Virus record (IMG/VR): IMGVR_UViG_3300021255_002352
Reading direction: 5' to 3' (one strand)
Source of the DNA: an uncultured virus (IMG/VR IMGVR_UViG_3300021255_002352)
Taxonomy: Duplodnaviria; Heunggongvirae; Uroviricota; Caudoviricetes
DNA: 64,000 nucleotides
Positions 27,650-35,391 of this stretch are shown in pieces; positions within the stretch are counted from its first letter, which is position 1, and each line of letters opens with the position of its first letter. The notes beneath the pieces are model-generated. The model made no database searches and was not told the origin of the DNA. It worked only from the letters and a program-made list of their open reading frames with translations. Position numbers and translations under genes: made by a program.

Positions 27650-27820
27650 TTATTCAATTGTAATCTCGATTGAATTAGCTAAGTTAACATAATAGAGTTT
27701 ATGATAAATATTTTCCATTTCTAAAAATCCATTTTCTAGATGTATAGAGTCTTTTATAATATCTTCATATCTACGTTCCTCTCTATTTGCATAATTAATT
27801 ATTACTTTAACCCAATTCAT
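27650..27820 (-). CDS. Cassette gene, 56 aa (absent from the ORF track)
   Basis: MNWVKVIINYANREERRYED...; GGAGG RBS. Confidence 0.65.
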   Translation of the reverse strand: MNWVKVIINYANREERRYEDIIKDSIHLENGFLEMENIYHKLYYVNLANSIEITIE

Positions 27821-27867
27821 TTGATTAATCCTCCTTCATAAGAGAATAGGAAAAATAAAAGAGTCAG

Positions 27868-28299
27868 TTAAGACTCTTTTGGTTCTGGAATTACAACATA
27901 CCAATAATTCCAATGATGAAATCCTTGTTTCCATCGATTTGTTATTCTATCTGTATTCTGATCGGCATGTACGATTATGCTTTCAATTGGTTCATTATAT
28001 TCGAATTCATAGCTAAAATCATCTTTCTTCCATACGTAATCCTTAGTAGTCATAAGTACATTCCTTATAATATCATCAGTCCATAATCTTATATCGTGAT
28101 CATAAACTGAACGATTAATATAACAAACTTTTTCTTTGTTTTCTACTATAATAGGATCGTCCATATAAAAAGCTGCATTATACATATGATTTATAAATTC
28201 ACCAACTGTAATACAATCTTTTTTCTTAAAATTGTAGTCAAAATACCCAATAATCTCTGATAGATTAACAGAATTTCTTTCTGATATAAATGTGATCAT
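27868..28299 (-). CDS. Cassette gene, ends KES*
   Basis: Repeat-flanked 143-aa ORF. Confidence 0.7.
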   Translation of the reverse strand: MITFISERNSVNLSEIIGYFDYNFKKKDCITVGEFINHMYNAAFYMDDPIIVENKEKVCYINRSVYDHDIRLWTDDIIRNVLMTTKDYVWKKDDFSYEFEYNEPIESIIVHADQNTDRITNRWKQGFHHWNYWYVVIPEPKES

Positions 28300-28340
28300 T
28301 CCATTACCTCCTCATAAAACAATAGGAAAAATAAAAGAGA

Positions 28341-28649
28341 CTATGATAAGTCTCTAATCTGTGACAGTAAATTAACTACATCCTCATCTGTCAAGTAACC
28401 TTCTACATCATCTGTGATGCCCGTATCATATACAAGTACAAATTGATCAACGTTGTCTAGATCTGTGTATTTAATAACCGCTAATTCCCAAAGATCTTCA
28501 TTAGATCCATACGAACCGTAGTGTTTTACAACAGATCCTCCGTATCCATTATCAAATTTGAACAAGTATTGAATACCATCAAATAAAGGTGCTTTCTTTA
28601 CTAAATAGTTCTCAAAACCGTCATAATTCAGATTTAAATTCTTTGTCAT
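28341..28649 (-). CDS. Cassette gene, widespread phage hypothetical
   Basis: FKFDNGYGGSVV..GSYG...LWELAV....DDVEGYLT. Confidence 0.75.
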   Translation of the reverse strand: MTKNLNLNYDGFENYLVKKAPLFDGIQYLFKFDNGYGGSVVKHYGSYGSNEDLWELAVIKYTDLDNVDQFVLVYDTGITDDVEGYLTDEDVVNLLSQIRDLS

Positions 28650-28696
28650 AAATATTTTCCTCTCTTTCATAAGAGAATAAGAAAAATAAAAGAGCC

Positions 28697-28897
28697 TTAT
28701 TCAGACTCTTTATCTTGTTTGTCAACGATAGACGCCATTTTGAGTATAGTCTGCTTTCGTATAACAACATTGAAACTGTTAAACCTGAATAATTCGTAAA
28801 TAAATTTCATTTTTTCTTTGAAATTCATTCCTCCGATTTCAACTTTCACGTCACCATTTTTGTTGTGACCAAACTCAATATAATGTTTGTCTTCCAT
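28697..28897 (-). CDS. Cassette gene, paralog of 23880-24089, ends KESE*
   Basis: MEDKHYIEF..NKNGDVKVEIGGMNFKEK. Confidence 0.7.
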   Translation of the reverse strand: MEDKHYIEFGHNKNGDVKVEIGGMNFKEKMKFIYELFRFNSFNVVIRKQTILKMASIVDKQDKESE

Positions 28898-28947
28898 AAT
28901 TGGCTAACCTCCTTCATAAAAGAATAGGAAAAATAAAAGAGCCTTTA

Positions 28948-29130
28948 TCAAATAGACTCTTTTAAAATTTTTGTTAGACTTAAAACCTCTAAAGCATTAG
29001 CAATAATATTATCATCTGAATAAAGATCTTCAGTATGAACATGTTGCCTTGCGACATATATGTTTCTTGCAAGTTCCTCAATTCTATTTAAAGATTCTTT
29101 CATTTTATTTTCATTCCTAATGATTTTCAT
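28948..29130 (-). CDS. Cassette gene, ends KESI*
   Basis: Repeat-flanked. Confidence 0.65.
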   Translation of the reverse strand: MKIIRNENKMKESLNRIEELARNIYVARQHVHTEDLYSDDNIIANALEVLSLTKILKESI

Positions 29131-29189
29131 ATTTTTTATTCCTCCTCATAATACAGTAGGAAAAATAAAAGAGGATATATTATTCCTCT

Positions 29190-29393
29190 TTATAACCATT
29201 CATAAATCATGGCTGCATAATAATGTTTATAAAAAATATCAACCCATCGGGCATTGCTTTCCGCTCCAGCAAAGTCTGGTTCGTCTTTGTTCAGACACTC
29301 CATGGCTTTTTCTGAGAAATCACGCATGCCTTTTGCATAATACATTAATGCATCCTTCTTTGATTTAAAATGATTAAGATTATAAATACCCAT
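29190..29393 (-). CDS. Cassette gene, hypothetical
   Basis: Start MGIYNL after GAGGAGG. Confidence 0.65.
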   Translation of the reverse strand: MGIYNLNHFKSKKDALMYYAKGMRDFSEKAMECLNKDEPDFAGAESNARWVDIFYKHYYAAMIYEWL

Positions 29394-29426
29394 CTTTTTC
29401 CTCCTCATAAAAGAGGAAGAAAAATA

Positions 29427-29571
29427 AAAGAAACTGCATGCTTACATTGTCCGCCATGCTAACGGCCTCCTTTAACTATCCTCGTTCCACGTATTGATAA
29501 CCGTTCAATACCGTTTGTTTCTCTAAACCTGGTGGTTAACCAGTACCAGCTATACGTTTGGTAGTTTCTTT
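29427..29571 (-). ncRNA. Non-coding cassette, multi-stem structured RNA candidate
   Basis: AAAGAAACTAC/GCAGTTTCTTT closing stem; internal CTGGT/ACCAG, GTATTGA/TCAATAC and CCGTTA/TGGCGG hairpins. Confidence 0.55.
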
Positions 29572-29602
29572 CTCATAATAGAACGCGAAAAATAAAAGAG
29601 CC

Positions 29603-30049
29603 TTATTCAGACTCTTTACCAGGATAATTATCATCGTAATCTTTAAGTTTTACCTCACTCCAAACAATTTTATGGCCTTTATCCAAATCTTTTCCAATTC
29701 TCGGCCGCTTTAGTAATTTAATTTGAATGGATTTTGACTTTAATTTTGATTTAAACTCCTTATATTTTTCTTCTGTTAAACCAATTGTAAATATAATCTC
29801 CGGGATTCTTCTACAGTATCCTTTAGTCCACATTGCGTAAACTTCATTCTCAACGCAATCTTCTAAATTCATACTTTTTAGAATTCCTAAGGTTGTATTT
29901 ATACAAAACTCGCCTTCTACAGAAAGCCTATATAAAGTACATAAACCTCCTAATTTTTCATCCATTTTTTCTGCATAATAAAGCTGACGCCATTCATAAT
30001 GATCTTGCATGGCACCATAATAATCGTTTTTGTAATCACCAAATTTCAT
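29603..30049 (-). CDS. Cassette gene, ends KESE*
   Basis: Start MKFGDY after GGAGG. Confidence 0.7.
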   Translation of the reverse strand: MKFGDYKNDYYGAMQDHYEWRQLYYAEKMDEKLGGLCTLYRLSVEGEFCINTTLGILKSMNLEDCVENEVYAMWTKGYCRRIPEIIFTIGLTEEKYKEFKSKLKSKSIQIKLLKRPRIGKDLDKGHKIVWSEVKLKDYDDNYPGKESE

Positions 30050-30093
30050 AATTATTTCCTCCTTCATTAAAGAGTTGGAAAAATAAAAGAGCC

Positions 30094-30318
30094 TTATTCG
30101 GACTCTTCTTCCTTAAAGTCATATGCACTAACATAGTATCTGCAATGCACCTTAATGCCATCTCTGTAATCATAATAACTTTCTGTATGATTTAAATAAT
30201 CGGCTTCTTTTTCTGCCATATTTCTACTAGCATAAATATCTGGCCAAATTTTTTCGTCATAATGTCCATTACTATACCTTCTTTCGCAAGTGATCACATA
30301 TACATATTTTAATTCCAT
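30094..30318 (-). CDS. Integrase-proximal cassette gene, ends EESE*
   Basis: Start MELKYV after AAAGGAG. Confidence 0.7.
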   Translation of the reverse strand: MELKYVYVITCERRYSNGHYDEKIWPDIYASRNMAEKEADYLNHTESYYDYRDGIKVHCRYYVSAYDFKEEESE

Positions 30319-30422
30319 AATAGTACTCCTTTCATAAAACCATCTGCAATTCGCACGAAGGTTACGATGTGATATGATGTAATTGGTTCGTACATAAGTC
30401 ATTTCTAAGAAAGGAGAGAATA

Positions 30423-31499
30423 ATGACTAGAACCAAAAGACATATGAAGCTGCCAAACGGATTTGGACAAATATCCAAGCTAAAAGCACCTTTACGTAAA
30501 CCATTCAGAGCAATGATCACTATTGGAACGAATGAATCTGGCAAACCAATCTGTAAAATACTCAAGCCTCAAGGATACTTTGAAACCTACAATGATGCAT
30601 ACCTTGCATTAGTAGAATATCATCAGGATCCTTCAAAAGCTTTTCAAGAAATTTCCCTTGGTGAAATTTTTCAGAAATGGTTTGAAGACACTTCAGACGA
30701 CCGTAACGATCATACAAATCGTTATTATGAAACCGCATGGAAACATATTGCGAAATATGAGAATGTAAGATTCAAAGATATCAAGATTCCATTAATCAAG
30801 CAAATGGTAGCAGATAAAGATCTTAATGCTTCTGCTCCTGCTCAGATCAAAAACCTTATGAATCAACTATACGACTATGCAGTTGAACACGAAATCGTAC
30901 AACAGAATCTCTCGAGAATGACAAAAATAAAAGGAGCTGTTAGCCGAACGATAAAGAATCACCATATGACATTCACAGACGAAGAAATATCTAAACTCTG
31001 GAAGAATATCAATGATTACTACGTTAGAGCCATTTTAATACAGTGCTACAGCGGATTTCGTCCAGGTGAGCTCTGTGATCTTAAAGTAGAAAATATCCAT
31101 GTAGACGAGAACTATATGGTCGGAGGATTCAAAACTGAAGCCGGAACAGACAGAATTGTTCCAATTCATCCAGCGATTAAGGATCTTATAATTAAGCAGC
31201 TGGAAATCGCAAAAATAAAAGGCAGTGAATATTTGATGCTCAATAGGAAAGACGGAAAGCTTACACCGGCAATTTATCGAACAATGTTTATCGATATAGT
31301 TAAGCAACTCGATCTCAATCCGGAACATAAATGCCATGATCCGCGTAAGTATTTTGTCAGTCAAGCCAAGAAATATCAATTAGATGAGTATGCCATTAAG
31401 CGTATAGTTGGGCATACGATTACTGACTTGACCGAATCAGTTTATACAGAACGAGGTATAGGTTGGTTGTATTCTGAGATATGCAAGATTCCAGGATGA
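30423..31499 (+). CDS. int: Tyrosine recombinase / phage integrase
   Basis: N-terminal KLPNGFGQISKL..RKPF arm-binding-like domain; catalytic R (GFRPGEL), K (KTEAG), HDPR, VGH, Y (VYT). Confidence 0.93.
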   Translation: MTRTKRHMKLPNGFGQISKLKAPLRKPFRAMITIGTNESGKPICKILKPQGYFETYNDAYLALVEYHQDPSKAFQEISLGEIFQKWFEDTSDDRNDHTNRYYETAWKHIAKYENVRFKDIKIPLIKQMVADKDLNASAPAQIKNLMNQLYDYAVEHEIVQQNLSRMTKIKGAVSRTIKNHHMTFTDEEISKLWKNINDYYVRAILIQCYSGFRPGELCDLKVENIHVDENYMVGGFKTEAGTDRIVPIHPAIKDLIIKQLEIAKIKGSEYLMLNRKDGKLTPAIYRTMFIDIVKQLDLNPEHKCHDPRKYFVSQAKKYQLDEYAIKRIVGHTITDLTESVYTERGIGWLYSEICKIPG

Positions 31500-31737
31500 T
31501 TCATACATTATTCCTACACAATTCATATAAGTGTAGAAACGATGTAGGAATAGAGTCAATCTTATTGAGTTAAACCAAGTCTAAAAACGTCTAAATATCA
31601 GCATTTTTCATTATCTGAAACGTACTAAGTCCGAGAAAGATAATATTATATAATACTCGGATGCTGTATTTTACTTGATTATTTACATGCTACTGTATAA
31701 ATAATGTAGGAACCAAAATGATTTATCTGTACGAACC
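31500..31737. other. attP-like region with arm-type repeats
   Basis: TGTA(G/T/C)(G/A)AA-type octamers at 11-bp spacing (reverse: 31500, 31511, 31522; forward: 31532, 31543, 31694, 31705; also 31728) around inverted repeats at 31593-31672. Confidence 0.65.
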
Positions 31738-31785
31738 TCTTCCTTATTATATATAGTAGCTATTTTGAAAAAATAAAAGGACCTG

Positions 31786-32043
31786 TTAAGATCCTTTTAA
31801 ATTAGATTCAACTTTCTTACGATAATCTTCGTATTCCATTGCTAATTGAGAATAATAAGTTTGTAGAGCTCTTATTTTTTCGTTCCTCATTCTATTCGCA
31901 TTATCCAAAACAAACTCCATTATACTTATATCGTTTGTTATAAATAACGGGTGATAGTATTTTAAGAACATTTCCTTAATTTTCTTTAAAGCTCTAATTC
32001 TTTTACTTTTCTCAATTATTTTTGGCATTCCTTTGTTTTTCAT
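31786..32043 (-). CDS. Hypothetical protein; lone cassette-type unit beyond attP
   Basis: Array motif at 32057 and a downstream hairpin at 31776-31798. Confidence 0.6.
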   Translation of the reverse strand: MKNKGMPKIIEKSKRIRALKKIKEMFLKYYHPLFITNDISIMEFVLDNANRMRNEKIRALQTYYSQLAMEYEDYRKKVESNLKGS

Positions 32044-32080
32044 AATCATTTCCTCCCATAAGAGGCAATGAAAATTAAAA

Positions 32081-32253
32081 GTCCTTTGTGGTGTGCTGGT
32101 TTAGTGTAGTCGATCGAAGCTATTATCAGAAAGGAGATATAACAAATGATATAAACGCCAATTGAAAAAGTATCATTTGCTTTATTATGGTAGGAGATTC
32201 ATTCAAAAGATTTTATCGTAGCATCCCGGTAAAACCAGCACACCATAAAAGAC
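32081..32253. ncRNA. 22-bp stem enclosing about 130 nt, candidate sRNA
   Basis: GTCCTTTGTGGTGTGCTGGTTT (32081) vs AAACCAGCACACCATAAAAGAC (32232), 20/22 complementary. Confidence 0.5.
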
Positions 32254-32285
32254 AGCTCCCTCAGTAAATTGAAGGAGCTATTTTG
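32254..32285. terminator. Hairpin after the lysis genes
   Basis: AGCTCC..TCA-gtaaat-TGA.GGAGCT followed by ATTTT. Confidence 0.5.
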
Positions 32286-32292
32286 ATTATTA

Positions 32293-32652
32293 TCAGAGAA
32301 GCCCTTTCTTCTGGCACTCCTCTACTTCATGCTTAATATAGCTATTCTGTCCTTTGGCAATATAAGCATCGTATTCCTCAAAGAACCGTTTCTTAGTCAT
32401 CTCGTCGATCGGATATGCATCACGCTTGATCGTCGTTAATTCCTGGACTAAGAAGTTCTTGATTGCTTGCAATTCAACATCATCCATACGTTTATTCATT
32501 GTCTTTTCCATTTGATCTATCCTTGTGTTGACAGGTTCAAATGCTTTTCCGACTGCTTTCTTTACTGCGAAGTAAATAGTAACGATAGCGCCGACAAGTT
32601 CAATGATGAATTTCAGTGTTGCATTGAAATCGCCAAAAGTAATATTTTCCAT
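32293..32652 (-). CDS. Lysis-module membrane protein (TM + coiled coil)
   Basis: Start MENITF after GAGG; ..YIAKGQNSYI.. C-terminus typical of lysis-adjacent proteins. Confidence 0.6.
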   Translation of the reverse strand: MENITFGDFNATLKFIIELVGAIVTIYFAVKKAVGKAFEPVNTRIDQMEKTMNKRMDDVELQAIKNFLVQELTTIKRDAYPIDEMTKKRFFEEYDAYIAKGQNSYIKHEVEECQKKGLL

Positions 32653-32668
32653 AAACAGTTTCCTCTTT

Positions 32669-33586
32669 CTATAGTAATTTGTTGGCAATATCAGCAATAG
32701 CCTTAATGCCATCTTTTAATCTGGTATTTTCATCAGTCAGATCATTAACTGCAGCTATGATAGTTTCCATAGCCTTAGTAATATCAGTCTGTGATTTCTT
32801 CGGGAGGAATTCAGTGGTGACATTAGCGCACCATCTATCCTTGGCGATTTCGTACCAGCAATTCAGATCTTCTCCACGCTGCTCTTTATAGGCTTTCTTA
32901 TCAGCATCTGAAGCAACTTGAGTAGATAAAACATTGTAATATCCGATTTGTGTATGCCCTACAATCGAACCGAATAAAGACGGAGATGTACGGATTCTAA
33001 GAGTTTCGTCAGAAGTTCTAAGCTGATCGACATTCTCGTTTCTGTCGACCGTAGCAATTGTGCTAGGCATCGAGAGAATGTACTTCGGTTCAGCTCCAAC
33101 AGACTTACACTCCTGTTCTAAAGTGACTTCGTGATAGAATCTGTAAGGATACTTCTGAGACATATAGTCAGAGAGTTCCTGAGTATTGTGGAACGAGTTA
33201 CGTGTATCATACCCATCACCAAACCTGGAAACTCCGTGCTCTCCAGTATAGAATGAACCTCTAACCCATATTGTTCCGTTCTCTATTTTGAAAACTCGAG
33301 CAACGTGAACGCCTTTAGTCCATTCGATAATATCTCCGACTTTTACTTTTCTTCGATCGAAGTCTAATAAGCTCCAATCGTTTGTTAAATACTCGTGCCA
33401 ATTAGCGGCACCGACAGCTTTAGATACGGGCCTTGGTGTTCCAGTTACACCACAGTCGCCCAATACGAAACAAGTACAGTTAGCAAGTCCATTTTCTACA
33501 GTGGCTAATGGATTAAACTTCGGATCCCAAAAGAAATAGTGGTATAAACCACCATATTTAATCTTATCTATGCTGAGATCTACCAT
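32669..33586 (-). CDS. Endolysin, CHAP-like catalytic domain with SH3-like domain and C-terminal coil
   Basis: LANCTCF (Cys), GAANWH, VGDII.W..GVHVARV (His); LRIRTSPSL...GYYNV...WYEI. Confidence 0.75.
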   Translation of the reverse strand: MVDLSIDKIKYGGLYHYFFWDPKFNPLATVENGLANCTCFVLGDCGVTGTPRPVSKAVGAANWHEYLTNDWSLLDFDRRKVKVGDIIEWTKGVHVARVFKIENGTIWVRGSFYTGEHGVSRFGDGYDTRNSFHNTQELSDYMSQKYPYRFYHEVTLEQECKSVGAEPKYILSMPSTIATVDRNENVDQLRTSDETLRIRTSPSLFGSIVGHTQIGYYNVLSTQVASDADKKAYKEQRGEDLNCWYEIAKDRWCANVTTEFLPKKSQTDITKAMETIIAAVNDLTDENTRLKDGIKAIADIANKLL

Positions 33587-33590
33587 AGGT

Positions 33591-34010
33591 TTATCCCTGA
33601 CCTTCCTGGTCGATTATTGCATCCTGTACTACTGGATTCTTATTAGCATTCTCTACGAGTTTATCGAGATCTACTTGTCGTTTAATACCGGCATACTCAT
33701 ACACATTCTGGATGAGTTTAGCCGCCCAAACTAAATAGACACCACGTTTTGTGATGTCTACTGCTTGAGCTAATGTATAAGTTGTGCCGCCGATTGTAAT
33801 CTCGAATTCGCCGCCAAATATCTGTGAAGCAGCAATTAAGCATAGGATTGATACCAGCCATAAAATATAACTGTAAATCCCATCAATCAGCTCTTGTTTA
33901 TTGTAAGAGCCGTTCTTTCGAGCTTTCATCACTCCAGAAGCTGTATTACCAGCCATAAGAAGTGTTACAGCAAAGCCGAAATATAAGAACGATTGTACGT
34001 CAAATTTCAT
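33591..34010 (-). CDS. Holin
   Basis: Multi-TM 139-aa protein directly upstream of the endolysin. Confidence 0.7.
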   Translation of the reverse strand: MKFDVQSFLYFGFAVTLLMAGNTASGVMKARKNGSYNKQELIDGIYSYILWLVSILCLIAASQIFGGEFEITIGGTTYTLAQAVDITKRGVYLVWAAKLIQNVYEYAGIKRQVDLDKLVENANKNPVVQDAIIDQEGQG

Positions 34011-34039
34011 ATAACAGCTCCTTTCTATGAATAATAAAA

Positions 34040-34227
34040 ATGAGGAGTTCGCCGTGACGTCTATCTTCCGGATATATGGAATAACCAGATCGGCAAGGTT
34101 TTACGGTTTTCTAATGCGACAATGCAAAATAAAAACGCTGCATTTGAGAAATATCTCCGATGCATCTATCTAAGTAGAAAGTGTCGCTATCAGATCTGAA
34201 TCCCAGTGAGACAGATCCCAACCTCAT
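34040..34227. ncRNA. Multi-stem intergenic structured RNA candidate
   Basis: ATGAGG/CCTCAT closing stem; GCCG/CGGC, GCGACA/TGTCGC, TGCAT/ATGCA and GATCTG/CAGATC internal stems. Confidence 0.5.
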
Positions 34228-34241
34228 ACCTTAAGTACTAA

Positions 34242-35363
34242 TTAAAAAGGCCTATTTGTATAGCCCTTCTTACACACACCGCATTCCTCGTTATTTCTCA
34301 ATAACTGAGCTGATTCAGGGTCTTTTTCCATGTCCTCCCAAATATCATAAATATGGTCCTCATCGTACTCATCTTCATGAAGTCTGTCGAAGAACTCTTT
34401 GATACCGATTTCTGGAATAATTCCGATCATTGTTCCAGAGCCCCATTTATCGGTTGAAATCATTGAGAACATCTCACTGAATACCTGATCTGAAATATCA
34501 TTCTCAATACGCTTATAGCATTTGTGATAGAATTTCTTGACGTATTCCCAGTTCTGTCTGGCGAATACCGGTTTTCTAGCAAGTGTTTCAATATAGTAAT
34601 AATACAACTGAAGCATACAGGATACTGTCCATTGAGCAGCTGCACCAGAGAATGGTTTCTGTCTTCTAACATTCTCAATCGCGTAGATCATGTTATCAGT
34701 CCAGCCGCATAAACATTGATCGTAAGCATACTGTCCATCATTGATTCGAGTAATGCTATTCTCTTTGTTATGCCAGTAGTAAACGCATTCCTGAATAAAT
34801 CTAACCTGCTCGTTTGGATTATCGCACAGAAGTTTTACCCATGTGTTAAATCCAGTATCCTCGTTCGCCCTTGTTTCGTTAAATCGAATCTTGTAGAAGT
34901 CAATGAACTCTCTTCTGTAGATTTTGCCAAACATCCACACCATATCATTCATATGCGGAACAATAGTCTGTAAGTTCTCGCCTAATTGAAAGAATGATGC
35001 AGAGCAACATTTGACAACCTTATCAACAGTAATACCTTCTCTTAGCGTTTCCAGTGCAATTGCACCACTGAAGGTATCATCTGCGTCAATACAAGTAAAG
35101 AATTCGTCGTCTGTGTTATCTATTCCATACTGTCTAGCAACACCAGGCCCACCATTTTCTTCGAGTTTAATTTCTCGAATACTCATGTATGGCTTAAACA
35201 TATTTACTAAGGTTGAATAATCCCCGTTTGGGCAGCAATCATTGACGATCGTTACATCTAAATCATCAACAATTGTCTGCGCCGCAATCGAGGATAAAGT
35301 TCTTAATAAAGTACCTTGTGCTTTATACGCTGGAATAATGATATCGATTCTATTTTTTTTCAT
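34242..35363 (-). CDS. Glycosyltransferase family 2
   Basis: IDIIIPAY, IVNDC, NGGPGVARQYG, IDADD, NEDTGF. Confidence 0.9.
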   Translation of the reverse strand: MKKNRIDIIIPAYKAQGTLLRTLSSIAAQTIVDDLDVTIVNDCCPNGDYSTLVNMFKPYMSIREIKLEENGGPGVARQYGIDNTDDEFFTCIDADDTFSGAIALETLREGITVDKVVKCCSASFFQLGENLQTIVPHMNDMVWMFGKIYRREFIDFYKIRFNETRANEDTGFNTWVKLLCDNPNEQVRFIQECVYYWHNKENSITRINDGQYAYDQCLCGWTDNMIYAIENVRRQKPFSGAAAQWTVSCMLQLYYYYIETLARKPVFARQNWEYVKKFYHKCYKRIENDISDQVFSEMFSMISTDKWGSGTMIGIIPEIGIKEFFDRLHEDEYDEDHIYDIWEDMEKDPESAQLLRNNEECGVCKKGYTNRPF

Positions 35364-35391
35364 CCCACCATTTTCCTTTCTTAGTTTTTAC

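Larger units (their letters stand above)
14564..30359 (-). repeat. About 40 copies of a cassette-boundary element: hairpin + CTCTTTTATTTTTC-[GCG-N7-C]-N5-YTWTTATG + RBS
   Basis: Plus-strand CA-N11-G(AAAAATAAAAGAG) at 14564, 15763, 15985, 16436, 20242, 20489, 20618, 20917, 21205, 21402, 21670, 21928, 22186, 22496, 22736, 22857, 23320, 23583, 23852, 24104, 25069, 25716, 25987, 26324, 26430, 26690, 26819, 27195, 27418, 27601, 27837, 28313, 28668, 28915, 29147, 29406, 29574, 30065, 30333; one more at 32057. Confidence 0.92.

Noticed and set aside
20242..30359. CRISPR array interpretation of the repeats
   Set aside because: Spacing is irregular (about 100-950 bp), copies are degenerate, the intervals hold RBS-led ORFs, and no cas genes are seen
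19498..30402. Upstream-extended starts in the ORF track for array genes (e.g. 20160, 25132, 27508, 30402)
   Set aside because: The extensions run through repeats or hairpins; SD-adjacent downstream ATGs fit better
31035..31379. Minus-strand 114-aa ORF
   Set aside because: Lies wholly antisense within the integrase catalytic domain
30423..31499. Calling the integrase a bona fide integron integrase (IntI)
   Set aside because: It has an arm-binding-like N-terminus and an attP-like region; I see no IntI-specific insertion and the elements lack RYYYAAC/GTTRRRY attC ends
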